From Lama glama (taxonomy: Eukaryota), in NCBI GenBank assembly GCA_028534125.1, contig CM052817.1, forward strand, positions 24,182,001-24,246,000: 64,000 nucleotides of DNA, given 5' to 3'. Position numbers and translations under genes: made by a program. Below are positions 38,355 through 51,470 of this stretch, piece by piece (position 1 is the first letter of the stretch; each line of letters opens with the position of its first letter). The notes under the pieces are model-generated. The model saw only the letters and a program-made list of their open reading frames with translations, did no database searches and was not told the origin of the DNA.

Positions 38355-38640
38355 CTTCATCAAATGGTACCTCATCAGATAGGTCTTTTCTGGTTATCTT
38401 ACCTAATGAAGCATCTTGTTATTCTCTGTCCCCTTGCCTTATTTATGTTTGTTTATAGCATTTATAATACTCAACATGGTAAATAAATTTTTTCATTTAT
38501 TTGTGTATTACTGGCCTTCCCCCAGCAGAATATAAGTATCATGACAGACAAGACTCTATTTTGTTTATTGTTGGATCCCCAACATCCAGAACAGAATCTG
38601 ACACAAAACAGTGCTCAATACAACCATGCTGAATGAATAA
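38355..38640 (+). mobile_element. LINE-2 (L2a) 3' end
   Basis: agaatataagtatcatga...atcccc aacatccagaacagaatctgacacaaaacagtgctcaata...tgaatgaataa. Confidence 0.8.
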
Positions 38641-38649
38641 AGGCTTGGG

Positions 38650-38980
38650 GCCATGGCCTCCCATCTAGGATTCGCATGTACCATCATACCCCATATGTAG
38701 TTGGATGCAGGCTACCAAGTTCTGCCCAAAATATGTCAACAGAAGTGATCTGCAAGCATCCAAGTCTCTCCATCTCTTTTCTCCTTCTACAGGCTAGAAC
38801 TTGGAATCATGGATAAGCCTTCTCTGATTACCTGGATGGTGAAAATGCAACAACAGAGAAGGAATCAGGTCCTTGAATGACCTCAGGAAGTAGAGTCACT
38901 TACCCACCTTTGACCAGCAGCCTTCTTGCCATCTGGGGGTCTTATTTTACAAAAGCTTGTCTAGTATCCTAACTAACATA
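38650..38980 (+). mobile_element. MLT1I/J-like MaLR LTR fragment
   Basis: cagaagtgat...agaaggaatcaggtccttgaatgacc...tatcctaactaacata. Confidence 0.65.
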
Positions 38981-38989
38981 AAGACCAAA

Positions 38990-39270
38990 CTAAGACAGCT
39001 TTATTTAGCATGGAGGAGAGAAGAATGATTTTTGAGTTTTTGAAGAAATCAAATAACAAGACTGGGTAACTGATGGATTCCGGCAGGAGAGGGAGATGAA
39101 AGAATGGAAAATGACCCTGAGGTTTTCAGCTTAGGGAGTGGGGATGAGGGTAATGCCATAAATCAAGTAAAAGATGGTTATATGAGGGAGGAGAATGAAA
39201 CAATGACATGTTATGAATATGTTAAGATGGAGCTGCCTCTGTGCCATCAGGGTAAAGATTTCCAATAAAT
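38990..39270 (-). mobile_element. LINE-2 fragment
   Basis: aagactgggtaactgatggatt...aaaatgaccctgaggttttcagcttagg. Confidence 0.7.
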
Positions 39271-39581
39271 TTTCTATTCACTGCTTCAACTAGAAAAGCT
39301 ACAAGTGGATCTGTGATTTACACATTGGCCTTCAATATAAGATTTCATAGTTCTTTGCCTAAAAATAACTGTGTAGTTCATAGGAAAGGTAGAAATCTCT
39401 CATGCAGATAGAAACAAAAATTCACAGATGATAGACAGATGTATTTATCTTACATTTATAGACACATAGACAATATATCTGCACTATTTACAAATAAAAC
39501 ACATATCTTGTCTTTTTGTTAGAGCAGACATTCATATTAGTGTACCACATTACTTGAATAAAGAATGCACATTTTAGGAGC

Positions 39582-40191
39582 TGAAGGAGGCAGTGAGCTA
39601 GGGAACTGAAACTAGAACCTGTTGCCTAGAGACTTCTTTAAAGGTTTAAAATTAACCTAAAGTTGGCCTTAGGTGAAAATTCTGCTTGAGTAGTGGAAAA
39701 AGCTCCCTCGCAGAACACAAAGCCCTGACATGATGTGATTTCTATTTCCATGTTGTTTGAGGAGCCCACTTGTTTGACTCGCTTGCTCAACCTAGCTTGA
39801 CTACACTGTTTGAGGATGCCTGGTTACCTAATTCTGTTTTTGCAGAGTATTTGTTCCACAGAGCAGAACAAACTGGACAGCAAGCAGGAAAAGAGCAGTC
39901 AACGGAAGGAGACAAGAAGCCACAAAGAAGACAGGTAAAAAGACCTAGCCAAGACCCATGTAGAAGTTCTTACATGAAGCCACCTGGGCTTACAAGCTCC
40001 CCCACTCGCATGTCTTTCTATTCGAGTGTCTTTTTCTCTTTTCCTGTTTTGAGCAATAAAGCTGCTTTCACTCTGCCCCTTTGTCTGCACTGAGAATTCT
40101 TTCACCACAGGAAAATAAGAACCCACTCTTTAGCGTCTTCCTTCTTTTAGGGGGATTCCTCCCTTTTAGGGGGCTTCCTCATTCACTAACA
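39582..40191 (+). mobile_element. ERV1-class solo LTR, 610 bp
   Basis: TG...CA termini (tgaagg...ctaaca); perfect 4-bp TSD GAGC (39578-39581 / 40192-40195); AATAAA at 40055-40060 followed by a U5-like gaattctttc...aagaaccc. Confidence 0.88.
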
Positions 40192-40484
40192 GAGCTGTGA
40201 GCATTCTGAAATGTTACTTAAATACCCATCACTCTAATTACAGGGAGTGCCTAGTTTCCCCAGAAAGTTTTTAAAAATCAGTATCTCTTCTTCTTAAACT
40301 TTCACTAAAGAAATATCTCAACACATTTTTTAATGTTAAACTATGTTTAAATACTTTTTTAAAGTAGCAGTTTTTCCTTAAGATAGTCTTCATAACACAA
40401 AAATAGTGAAATATCTCCTGCCTTACAAATTTCATCCATAAATGTATGCACTTGCACACACACTACACAATGCAAAAGTACATA

Positions 40485-40517
40485 CACGCATGCACACACA
40501 CACACACACACACACAC
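40485..40517. repeat. (CA)n microsatellite
   Basis: gcacacacacacacacacacacacac, read directly. Confidence 0.92.
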
Positions 40518-41667
40518 CCTACAATAACCCCTGAAGTGAGATCAGTAGCATCAGGGACTTCAGCCTGAAAGCAAGACCTTTTACAGTCTCATTAACAAGA
40601 GAATAAAGATCTTTGGGGGGAAAAGTGCTTTTATAGCTCTCAAAAGTGTTATGATACACCGTAATGTGGCTGAGTTAATTGTGGCCCACCGAGCAAGGAA
40701 CTTAATGAAGTCAGACATGAGGGTTAATGGACATGTGGGTCTTTTGTCTGCTGCTGCTCTCCTGTTAAGGCCAAGAGCAACGAGATAACGAGAGAAGAGA
40801 AGGAAGCAATGTGGACAAAGCAGTCAGACCAGAGTAGACGTCTCCGGGCTACCAGATAATCACAACTGGAAAAGAGAATCTCTCTTCCACATCTGTGAAA
40901 TAGGTCATCTACAACTGAGTCACACTATATTCTCTGTAAAGAAGGGTAGCTTTGTACTCCTAAAACAGAGGATAGGAATGGCTTAAAAACCAGTAGGAGT
41001 GCTTTTAGTATTCACATTCAGTGTTGCAAAGGACGGGGCAGTTGTGAAAGAAAATAGAGTATTCTTATTTTATTGTTCGTGTTTTGTTTTCCAATAAAAG
41101 TGAAATTGGGTAAAGGGTGAAGAAGCTTTACTGCTTTAAAGTGATTTTCCAAAGAAATTCAAGAGAATGGCACTTGAACATAGGCCATTATTCTCAAGAC
41201 CTAGAGCTTGTTTTTGGAAACTGTCACCATAAATCACAAATGAATTTGGTGATGCTTGACATATCATAAGCAATGCCCATACGAGAAATTTTCTCCTATA
41301 TCATTTTATTCCATCAATAAATAGCCTCATTTATTCCTTCAAATGTAGAAATCTTTTTATTCATCACTTCTATACCATATCCTATTTCACCTCCTATCCT
41401 ATATTATATCCTCCTGGAAAACTAGCTCATTGAGGCATGCTAGGTTTGAAGTTTGGAATATAAAAATAATCCATTTTCAACAAGGCAAGCAGTTTCTTCT
41501 TTAAAGTATAATTATGAAGTGTCTAAATGTATTTAAAATTAGGAATATTGCAAAGAGGCTCTTCAACTATTTAATTAGTTATATAAGAGAATAGATATGT
41601 GTTTTTACATAACCCTTCATGTTGCAGGAAATTCAATGACTGAAGTTGTAAACAAATCTTCATTTTA

Positions 41668-41812
41668 TTGTATTATTTAATTATTTTCTTTTGGCGGGGG
41701 AAGGTAATTAGGTTTATTTATTTTTGGAGGGGGTACTGGGGATTGAACCCTGGACCTTGTGCCTGCTAAGCATGCTCTCTACCACTTGAGCTATACCCTA
41801 CCCCTTCCCCAG
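41668..41812 (-). mobile_element. camelid tRNA-derived SINE (Vic-1-like), complete
   Basis: Reverse complement gggtagggtatagctcaagtggtagag...gggttcaatccccagtacc...aaataaataaacctaattacc plus A-rich tail; perfect 15-bp TSD caaatcttcatttta (41653-41667 / 41813-41827). Confidence 0.95.
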
Positions 41813-42554
41813 CAAATCTTCATTTTAAAATAAAATACACATGGAATAATGATAATGGAAAGATTTCTTATTCTTTGCCAGGCTTATTTCAAACTTTAGC
41901 GTCAGTCAGTCAGTATTTCTTCATAAAAGATTTCACAAACACCATACTGACAAATGTGAGTGGTAAATTCAGAGTGAAAACAAGACTAGACATAGATTCC
42001 AGCTGGATAAATGTATCAAGGCTTAGTTACTTAAATGTAATGGAGGGAAGTCAGCACCATCATGATATATGATAGGTATTTTCCATTGCCAAATTCAGTA
42101 TAAGCATTCAGGTTCCCCCAAAAGAGCCACATACCAGTGGACACACATATTTGTGAGTTAAGGGTGATCTCAGAACTGCTGGTTGCTCAGTGGTCCTTCT
42201 GTGTCCATATTTATGTACAAAAGGTCAGAATACTTATGTGCACAGGTTAATCTGAATATGTTGGTGACCAGCTTACTTGGGCCAGTCCTCCTTATCTCTC
42301 TTTGGGATTAATCAATATACAATGTGACTATAGAGCAAAGTGCATACATTTTGATATAAACTCAGTTCTCATTTATTACCCTCAGCCTCCCCCGTCTAAC
42401 AAAGCCTCCTATAAGGACTTACCTGAGCTAAAAGCTGCAGCATTATAACCCAAATGAGTTATGAGATGCTCTGGCAGTTGTGTTAGTGGAGCCCTTTGAC
42501 TACCGTAAGGAATAATCCTGTAAGAATTCACCATGCATAAGCTATTGCATGGAT

Positions 42555-42750
42555 AGCTTTGTATAGTGGGAAAACATAAATTTAGGAACCAGGTCCAAAT
42601 CTTGAGTCCACCACTTACTTACTTAGCTATATGACTTAGAGAAACTTTCTTAAGTTTCTGAGGCTCAATTTTATCATTTTCTAAAGGTTGTAATAGTATT
42701 TACCACTCAGTGTTGTGGGATGAAATGATTTAAAGTATATAGAAAGCCTC
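42555..42750 (+). mobile_element. MIR SINE
   Basis: gtatagtgggaaaac...ccaccacttacttacttagctatatgactt...tctgaggctcaattttatcat. Confidence 0.7.
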
Positions 42751-42884
42751 GCCAAGAATAAAGTAAGGATACAAAAAATGTGTGCTCTCTTTTTTCCTCC
42801 ATTTCCTCACCTACATTAAGGTGAAGTCATCACTTTTATTCTCAAAATACTTAGTATCTAATTGTGGAGAAAAGAGTTTTATTC

Positions 42885-43460
42885 TGATAATGATATTAAC
42901 TTCGATTGTCATCTTTACTTAGGAGGCTGCTGTATGCCAAGCAATAACCTGAATACAATATGTGAAATCTCTCATTTAATCTTCACAAACTTAAGAGGTA
43001 GGTACTGTTGTTGTCTTGACATTTTTCAAATAAAATTTGAATTGGTTAGCTTTGCTATAGTAACAACCCCTGAACTGGTAGTTTTCAATAATAAACAACA
43101 AGGCATTTTTTATTTATAAATGCTGCTACAGCTCTACTCCATGTGTTTTCTCCTTCTAATAAAAGGCTGAAGCTCAGAGAGAGAAAAAAGAGAGAGAGGA
43201 GGGAACTTGAACCACTCAATTGCTTTTAAAGATTCTGCTTGAACGTTTATGCTACTGGAAGAGCAAATCTCATGGTCAGTTTTGACATGGGCAGAGAAAT
43301 ATACTCCACCTACAAGAAAAATAGGACAAAGTCACACTGTTACAGGTAGAAAGATTTATAGTCTACCACAAGGTTAAACAATATGCCTAAAGCTACACCT
43401 TAACAACTGGGAAAGCCTATTTAAGAATATCAATGGAGAGTCCCTATTCTTAACTAATCT
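42885..43460 (-). mobile_element. MIR SINE interrupted by an MLT1-like LTR (~43040-43370)
   Basis: tctcatttaatcttcacaaac...gaggtaggtactg, resuming aaggttaaacaatatgcctaaagctacac; the insert begins ggttagctttgctatagtaacaacccc. Confidence 0.6.
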
Positions 43461-45414
43461 TCCTAAGCATCACATGACTGGTGATGAGGTAGATGAGGTA
43501 GATAAGAATTCATAAAGAGACAATAAATTGATAAAATAGAGAAAAAAGAGATAAAAGAGACAAGAGCTTTACCAGTTACTATGACATTCTTCACAAAAGT
43601 AGACAGATGGAATAGACAATTTTATTTGGACTAGAACATTGTAAAAGGGAATAATGTGACATATACATAGAAGGAAAGGCTGTAGCCAGATTTGGAAGGA
43701 TTGGAAATTCAACCTGACTGTTTTACTTTGCCCTGTAGTTTCTGGTTAGTTACGGAGGAAGGCTTCATATTAGAGGAATTTTATTAGCATTTCAGTCTGT
43801 ATCTGTCTTTCAAAAGATATGCTTTAATGACAGTAGCTTAAGGGAGGGCATTGTGGTAATTCTAAGTGACACATGGAAAAAACAAAGTATTTGTAGCACA
43901 GGAATGCCTTAATTAGGGTTACTGAAAGACAGCGAATTTGAATCCTTCACCTGGCTTGTGTAAGAGTTACTTCTCTAAATATTCCTTGGTTGATAAATGT
44001 ATCGTCATTCCTCTAATTTTTTAAGAGAAATATCAGTTATTTTAATCATTAAAGTTTATATTTCTTAAAAAAACCTTAAGGATAAATTCCAATTATTAAA
44101 ATCTAGTATGTGTGGTAAAATTCATATGTGTTTCATTTTATTTAAGTAAACGATTTTATTCTTCTATTGGGACTCAGGAGAAAAGGCAACATTGGCTGAT
44201 TTCAAATGAAACAGAAACCTGTATTTCAGAGACCACTGGAGTGAGAAAAACTAGGATTTCAAAACAAAGAAACACCCCTTCAACCTTAACACATATATTG
44301 TCGACTCTGTAATTACCTATTTATTTTGCTCCCACTCAGGAAATAGTTTTCAATTATGTTTTTATTCACTTTGATTCGGGAACCAATTGATATGTAAAAG
44401 GCTAAAACCGAAAATGTCTTGTTTTCACTGAATCGTGTACTCTTTAGCTGTAATTATCTATGACACTTGTACCATTCCCCTAATAAATATATTGACAATT
44501 CCAAACTCCAGCTAGTAGTCAGTCATCATTAGCTGTATAAAGTTTGCACTATGGCTCTGTGTTCCACACAAAGTCTGTGTCCTCTACGTTACAACAAATG
44601 AGAGGAGAAAGGCTGTTAACAGTGAGGGCTTGAGACCTGAGGATCTAGAATGAGGTCAGCCTGCATTTCAGCAGCAGCTCTTTCATTTAATAGCTTCGTG
44701 GGTACCTAAGCCCTAGTGTCTCATTTGTAATAGTAAGAATATTCATTTCATAGAATTTTGCAACATAAGTGAAATAACACATTTTGTCACGGCAACAATT
44801 TCCAATAAGAACCTCTTTAACCACATATCTTTAAGTAACTACATATTTTGCTCCTACTTAGTAAACTCAGAATTTGGATCCTTTTCTCAAAGATAAAGAC
44901 AGTAGATGTAAACCATGTTTTCCCCTTCATTCTAAAACCATAGACTGAGTTCAAATGTGCCTGAGACTTATCTTCTGGGGAGAATGGGCTGAGGCTGGCT
45001 TGTTCCCTGCCCTTATGGAGTTTTCAGTCTAGAAAAGGAACTTACAGGCAGACTATCTCCCACTATAATGGAAGATGCATTCATGATCCTTGATTAAGTT
45101 TCTTCAGTTACTTTCTTAATTCAGGAATCTTCATTTTCCTTAGGAAGTCTATACTTCACAGCTCAGATCATAACTATACACTTTTGTTCTAGATCCCAAA
45201 GTCTTTATGGGCTCTCTTATTTTTTGAAGTCTTTACACGACCTCAAACAGTGCTAAAGTAATTAATATAAACTCAGAAAGGTCCAATGTTTATCTACAAA
45301 TTTAATAGTAATCTAAAGAGCCTACTCACATTGCTCTTGCTGTAATCATTATTTGTCACTATTTTTAAGGTTTTATCTCTTCTAAGCCAAAAACAGACAA
45401 CATTCAACCCATTA

Positions 45415-45960
45415 TATTCACTCATTTATTAATCTGTGTGTTGAACAGTTATTGAGTGCATCTTTTATGCCAGGCACTGTGCCAGACACTGGAAATAAAA
45501 TAATGTACAATACATAGAGTTTTCCTGACCTTGAGGAATTTGTTCTACTGAGGAAAACACAATTAAAAAAAAATTGACAGATTACCATATGGACTTGGAA
45601 GAAGAAAACCTGACTTCTGTGATAGAAAACAAAACATGGCAGAGTTGGGGTAATCATTACATAGCATATGAAGGAAAACTTTTCTGGGGAGAAGGCATTT
45701 TTCAACTGAGACCAAGGGATGAGAAGAAACTGTTTACGTGAGGAACCTTCCCAGTGGGTAAATTGACAGACACAGGGACTCTGAGACAGGAGACTACTTG
45801 ACAGGTCTGAGAACTTGAAGATGGCCAGAGTTACTGGTTAGCACAAGCTAAGGTAGAAAAGCATGAGATGAGTTGAGAGGTAGGCAAGGACAGGTGATGC
45901 AGGACCACACAGGCCATGGTAAAGAGTTTGGATGGATGTTAGGAAATCACTTAGGTGCTC
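45415..45960 (-). mobile_element. LINE-2 fragment
   Basis: ttattgagtgcatcttttatgccaggcactgtgccagacactgg...aggccatggtaaagagtttggat. Confidence 0.85.
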
Positions 45961-45999
45961 TAAACCTCAAAGATGAAATTACTTTTACAATTGTGTAAA

Positions 46000-46255
46000 T
46001 AACAGCTAACATTTAAATGCTCTTACCAAGTACCAAGAATTGTTCCAAACACTTTTACAGATGTTATTAACTTATTTAATCCCCATAACAACCCTTTGAA
46101 ATAGGTGCTATTATCATTTCATTTTATAGAAGAGAAAATTGAGTTATTGTGAGATTAAGTATCTTGCCTAAGATTCCAAGCTAATAAGTAGTAGAACTGA
46201 GATTGAAACCCAGGCAGTCTATCTCCAGAATCTGAGTTCTATTTCTTACTATGTT
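46000..46255 (-). mobile_element. MIR SINE, near full length
   Basis: aacagctaacattta...ttatttaatccccataacaaccctttgaaataggtgctattatcatttcattttatag...gattgaaacccaggcagtct. Confidence 0.9.
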
Positions 46256-47629
46256 GCATTAGTTTGTGGGTCTTGTCCAAACTTGAAATCAGGAATGTTG
46301 AGTAAACATCTGCCCTGCATCAGTGGGAACAGCATTCTAGTTCTTCATCTATCTCAACATACTGTAGATATTTTTGCTACTAAAAATCACAGACTTTAAC
46401 CACTTAAAGAGACAAACAAAATTTTTATGTGATATTCATGAGACTTTAAAAAGATAACCAACTCATCCCAGGTGGCACAACTACTACATAGCCATCATAA
46501 ACACTATTAGGACTTGGTAGGGCAGACATAATTTTTAAGCAATGAATGCTCAAATATATTTGAACATTCTTGTGAAAATCAGTTTGGGGCTATGTAAACT
46601 AATAACAATGTCATGAGATCTTTTTAATAAGTGATGGTTTAAATTATTTGAACTTGGAAAAGCAGCCTTAGATTCTTCTTAAATACTGTGCTATAAAAAC
46701 TTAACAACGAGATAAAAATCCTGAAATCGGTTAAAAATATTAAATTGATGCTAGAGAAAATGCAAACAAAGACATTTTACCTAATATTTTTCTAAGATCC
46801 ACACAAGCATAATAGGGGAAATGGTTGCTATAGTAACAAAGGTTTTGTGACATCTAAGAAGGCAACAAGTCTAATAAAGTTAACTGTCAAGATACTGTGA
46901 GGCATTTCAAAACATAAAAGAAGACAATTTCTAATCCTAAAAATACAACAATAGATGAAGCATTCCTCAGACAGACCATGCATTTACTGAATCACAAACA
47001 TTAACTGAGCACTTACTCTGAAACAGGTGGCTTTGCAAAATGCATAAGTTTCTGTCCTTATGGGGCTTATGTTCTAGCCAAGAGAACTAGTCAAACATAC
47101 ATCAAACAAATAACAAAATGTCGAAAGACAATCAGGATAAATAAAAGTTGTGAGTTCATAAATACAAAAATCAACGCAAACTTTGCTAGCAAAGAAATCA
47201 AATCAGTCCTATTTAGGCATTTTAGGGACAAAAAACTTCATGGCTACTAATCTGGTAGAGCTAAACATGGAGTCAATGTAAACAATTTGCAACTCACTTC
47301 AAGACGCAGATGGTACATGAAAGATGTATTCCTCTGCCAGAATTAAAAACCCACCTTCATTATCATTCAGTGTCTATAGGCATCTCTCTCAACAGAGGAG
47401 AGGTTGGGTATCTGTCAGGCTGGACTAATACAATACCAGTCCTCAAGAGACTTACATAAAGGACATAAAAAACAGAGCAAATTAACAGCTGTGTAAAGAT
47501 ATGTAACTGAAGATTGACCAAGTGTGAAAAAAAAAAAAAGAGTGTTTGACACAGGCACTCACAAAACAGGCTAAAGAAAGTGGGGACACTTTGTAAGGGA
47601 GTATGGAGGCATTCAAGGCACCTGTCCTT

Positions 47630-48111
47630 GGCAGTGTGTTTTTAGGTCCATTTTACATGCTTTTGCTCTGCTCTGTATCACAGTGCTATTGATCCCTGTA
47701 GGCTGTGTCTTCCTTATTTTTCTATTAGGTGGCTTGACTAGTTTTACACAACAAGAAGAAACAGCAGAAGACTGGAGAGTTAGTGGGAGGAAAGGAGAAG
47801 CCAGGGTATGTCTCCCCTGTTCTCTTTTTACTTACAGTGGGATGCTTCCCTGGCTCCAACTCCTCCTGGACAACTCCATCTTAATTCCAGCTCTCACCAG
47901 GTGACTCCAGGCCCCAGAAATTAGTAACACTACCTCTTTGCTTATCTCTCTACTCTAGAAATAGTAGTGTCTTCCTGCTTGTCTCTATATTGCCTCAATG
48001 TCTCTGCTTGGCTCTCCAGCTTTTCTATAACCTGTATTCATTACCCTATATTAAATTCCCCATCTGTTTTAAAGACATATAGGTTTGCTTTTTCCTGGCT
48101 GGAACTGATGC
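47630..48111 (+). mobile_element. LTR33-like ERVL LTR
   Basis: gaggaaaggagaagccagggtatgtctccc...ccctatattaaattcccc...ttttcctggctgg...tgatgca 3' end. Confidence 0.75.
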
Positions 48112-48119
48112 AGAAAAGA

Positions 48120-48730
48120 TGGAGAATATTGTAGAGGAAATCACATATATTTCAAATCTTTAGTTTGAATCCTGGTATGTCATTGGGACTGTCTAAACTT
48201 GAGAAAGAGCTGTGAAAATGATATGCCTCAAGTTCTCATTAATCCATCCTTCCCTTCATTCAACAATCTACCAACTGAAAATAATACCTGCCTTCTAGTC
48301 TGATTGCGAGGATAAGAAAAAGTCATGCACACAAAGTTCTTAGCATTGTGCCTGTCTGATAGTAAGTAGGTCCTCAGTGAATGATACTTCATTTCCCTTC
48401 ATGATTTCCTCTTGCCTCCAAACCATGTCCGTCACACTTACATTTCCTATGCAATGGATCATGCTACATATAGAGTCTTGGCTAAGATCTGTGTGTGTGT
48501 GTATTAAATCAAATTTTAAGATATACATGTATTTCATTTAATCATTATGAGAATTCTCAGCAGTTAGTTGCTATTATTAGATGCTTTATACAAGTAAGGA
48601 AACTAAGGCTTAAAACGTTAATTGAAATGTCTGAAGTCATATAGATAACTCTAGCAAGTGGTAGGGCCAGAATTCAAACTTACGTCTGTCTGACTCCTAA
48701 GTCTGTGGGCTTTACTCTGCTATATAACCT
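48120..48730. mobile_element. two MIR SINEs, ~48120-48390 (+) and ~48530-48730 (-)
   Basis: gtttgaatcctgg...ttagcattgtgcctg; caagtaaggaaactaaggctt...gaattcaaacttacgtctgtctgactcc. Confidence 0.7.
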
Positions 48731-49857
48731 CCTGTCACTACAAAGATAAATCATATCTGGTCCTCAGATACTCTGAAGGCAGGGAAAATACATGACCCCC
48801 AATACTGCCAACTCTCCTCCCCTTTGGGATCTAAGCTTTTGTGTAGGTCACCTAAGGAACTGGGAACTTGGCTTTTAGCAAAACTGAATACTTTAAGAGT
48901 GGAGGATAATGTATCTTATGAAATCGGAATGGTAATATTTTAGGCCAGTCAGAATGTCATGAAGAGTCTATAGTATATAATACTTAAAAATAAAGTATAT
49001 AATAAGTAAGCATAAAGCACCTAAAAGATGAAGATGTATTAAGTATATTGTACTAGTATATGAAGATGTAGCTTAAAGGTATATACAGTTTTAAAGAAGG
49101 GCAGGCAAAGAATGCATATATTTTTAAGATTATAAGATTACAGATATGCTTTTAAGTATAACATAAGACATAATAATAATGTCTGTATTATATACATATA
49201 TATGTAATTACACATATAATTATATAAATGAAAAAAAGAAAAAATCACAGAACAAGTTACTAAGGATAGTTATGAAACTGAACTCATGATGTTTCAATTT
49301 TAAGAAAGTGTTGAACATGTACATTGCTTGGATTTATCATGTTTTCTTTCTGTATAAGAAAATAAAAGGAAACTTCAGAATTAAAAAGATATTCAAAAGC
49401 ATGCCATCACAAAGAAATGATGTCTACTTAAAAAGGTTTTTAGACATAAAGTCATAAATAACCATCATACCAAAACTCAAAACTCAGGAAAAGTTAGCTT
49501 CTTAATCACCATTTTTAGTATTTTTTTTTTACTATAATTGGAACAAAAATAAGCAGGGTGAATGTCTCCTTATTTGCTGTATTTAAAATAAGTATTTCCT
49601 TGTTGTAACAAATTATCACAAGAAAAAAATCTCTTTAAGAATTTGTTCACGAAAGACTTTAAGCTGAATCAACAGTATTAATCAGAGGGGGCATCTATTG
49701 TATTGCAAGAGGGGAAAACACCAGTAAAACTAAATTGAAATAGAATGTGTGGATCACTGAAATAAGAAGACTATCTGTGAAAAAAAATAGATAAAGTAAG
49801 GAAAGGAAGCTGCAGAATACCTTCAGCGCAGAAATGAGTGAATCAAGAATATAGTGA

Positions 49858-50600
49858 GTTTCCAGCCCCTGTTTAGAATGCAGATAGTGTGAAAGGGCAT
49901 TACTCCAAATTTAACAAGAAAAAACTAGATAACTTACAAATTCACAGCTTTTCTTGAACCCACCAAAGTGCTGAGATTGCAGGATATCAACTAACTGAAA
50001 ATCTAGGTAGAGACAGATGCTTTCAAGGAGAGAGGAATGTGATTACTTGCTCACTGGGACAGACAACGAGTGACATGTAAGTAGGTAAGAAAAATTCGGT
50101 TAAATTTTTAAAATAAATTTGTAGAGGTCAAGTATTGGCTAGCAAGAGAGTGTAGAATGACTAAAAACTATAGATACAGGGAAATTAGCAACTAACAGGA
50201 GCTTCTCTATGGACCTCGATGAGCGCTTACAAAAAAGATCTGGGCAGGGAGAGCAATCCGAGAGAGCCTCCTTCCTGGTGCTTTCACGGGAGGGTGGCAG
50301 CAGCTGTTGTAAAAAAAAAAGGCATGAAAACCCATCTTCTTCCTTCTCCCCTTTAAGCCTTTGTGGGAAAAGCAGCAAACTCTGTTGCCCTCAGGACATG
50401 AGTGAAGAACCAGTAGATCTGGGGGAAGACAGGAGACAACAACCATCTAAGGACAGAAAAATGTACTAGGTCTAGACCATCAGAGATCCCCTACCACAAG
50501 GAGAGGGGAATCGTTAAGAAGGTTGCAACCTCAGCACCTGTCAAGATGGAGGTTCCAGGACACAGATACTGTCCCTCTACCCCCTGCCCCACCAGGAGTC
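49858..50600 (+). mobile_element. old L1M 5'UTR fragment (L1M4-like)
   Basis: aacaagaaaaaactagataacttacaaattcacagcttttcttgaaccc...ctgagattgcagg resembles recalled L1M 5'-end consensus. Confidence 0.6.
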
Positions 50601-50914
50601 TACACTGGGGAGGGGAAAGGATGTGGAAAGGAAACTTCGAAGCACAGGCTCACTGTGACTTTGTTTAAGTCTCTCCTTCTCTGCTTTGAACATCAATCAG
50701 ATATACCAACATAATACCTTATGATCTTTCCCCATACTTTATTTATTAAAAGACATATTCATTGTTTCATTGAAATTAAACCTTAGAGAGAGTCTAGTAT
50801 AACTTTTAGCCAACTAAATCCTCATAAAAAACTCATAGGTGAATATTTCCATCTTGGCTTTTAGTTAATTTCATATTGAGTCTAGCTGCAAGCCTGAAGG
50901 TAAGTTGGGGAGGT

Positions 50915-51470
50915 TATTTAGTTGTCTCTTAGCCCCTGTATACACTCTTCTATATTCTGCTCTGTCCTGCTGGGGTGGGAATCACTTTTCCCGTGATCTG
51001 TTGCTAATTGATTTTTTATTAGATCTATGTTCTGACAATAGGAACACTTGTGAGTGATGAAAAGATTGAAAGTAAAGCTTTCTGCTTCTGGTCAATAGTA
51101 TTGATGGCACTTGATGGGAATTGTGATGTCTGCAGCAAAGGTGAATGATTTTAGATTCAGCAACCTGGACAGAGGTAGCACCTTTTCAGAAATTAGAGCC
51201 CTGATAGAAGAAGCACCTGCTCAGCAGATGCAGAACTGTCTATGATAGTGTGTCCAACAGGGCAGCTTCAGGCTCCTGGACTCAAGTCCACAGTTAGAAT
51301 CAGCTTTGGATTTCACATTGTCACCATTTTTCCTTCTGCAGCCATCTTCCTTTTCTCCTTTACAAGTTCAGCCCTTCAAACATCTTTGCAACCAATTCCT
51401 TCTATTCAATTCTTCATGACTGAAATCCCCAGAGTGGTTTCTTTATTCCTGTCTAGACTCTTCCTCATAT
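50915..51470 (+). mobile_element. LTR33-related ERVL LTR
   Basis: 3' end tgcaaccaattccttctattcaattc...tgaaatccccagagtggtttctttattcctgtctagac. Confidence 0.65.

Noticed and set aside
42555..43460. Opposite-orientation MIR pairs, also at 48120-48730
   Set aside because: They are too diverged for stable pairing, and MIR density makes such pairs common.
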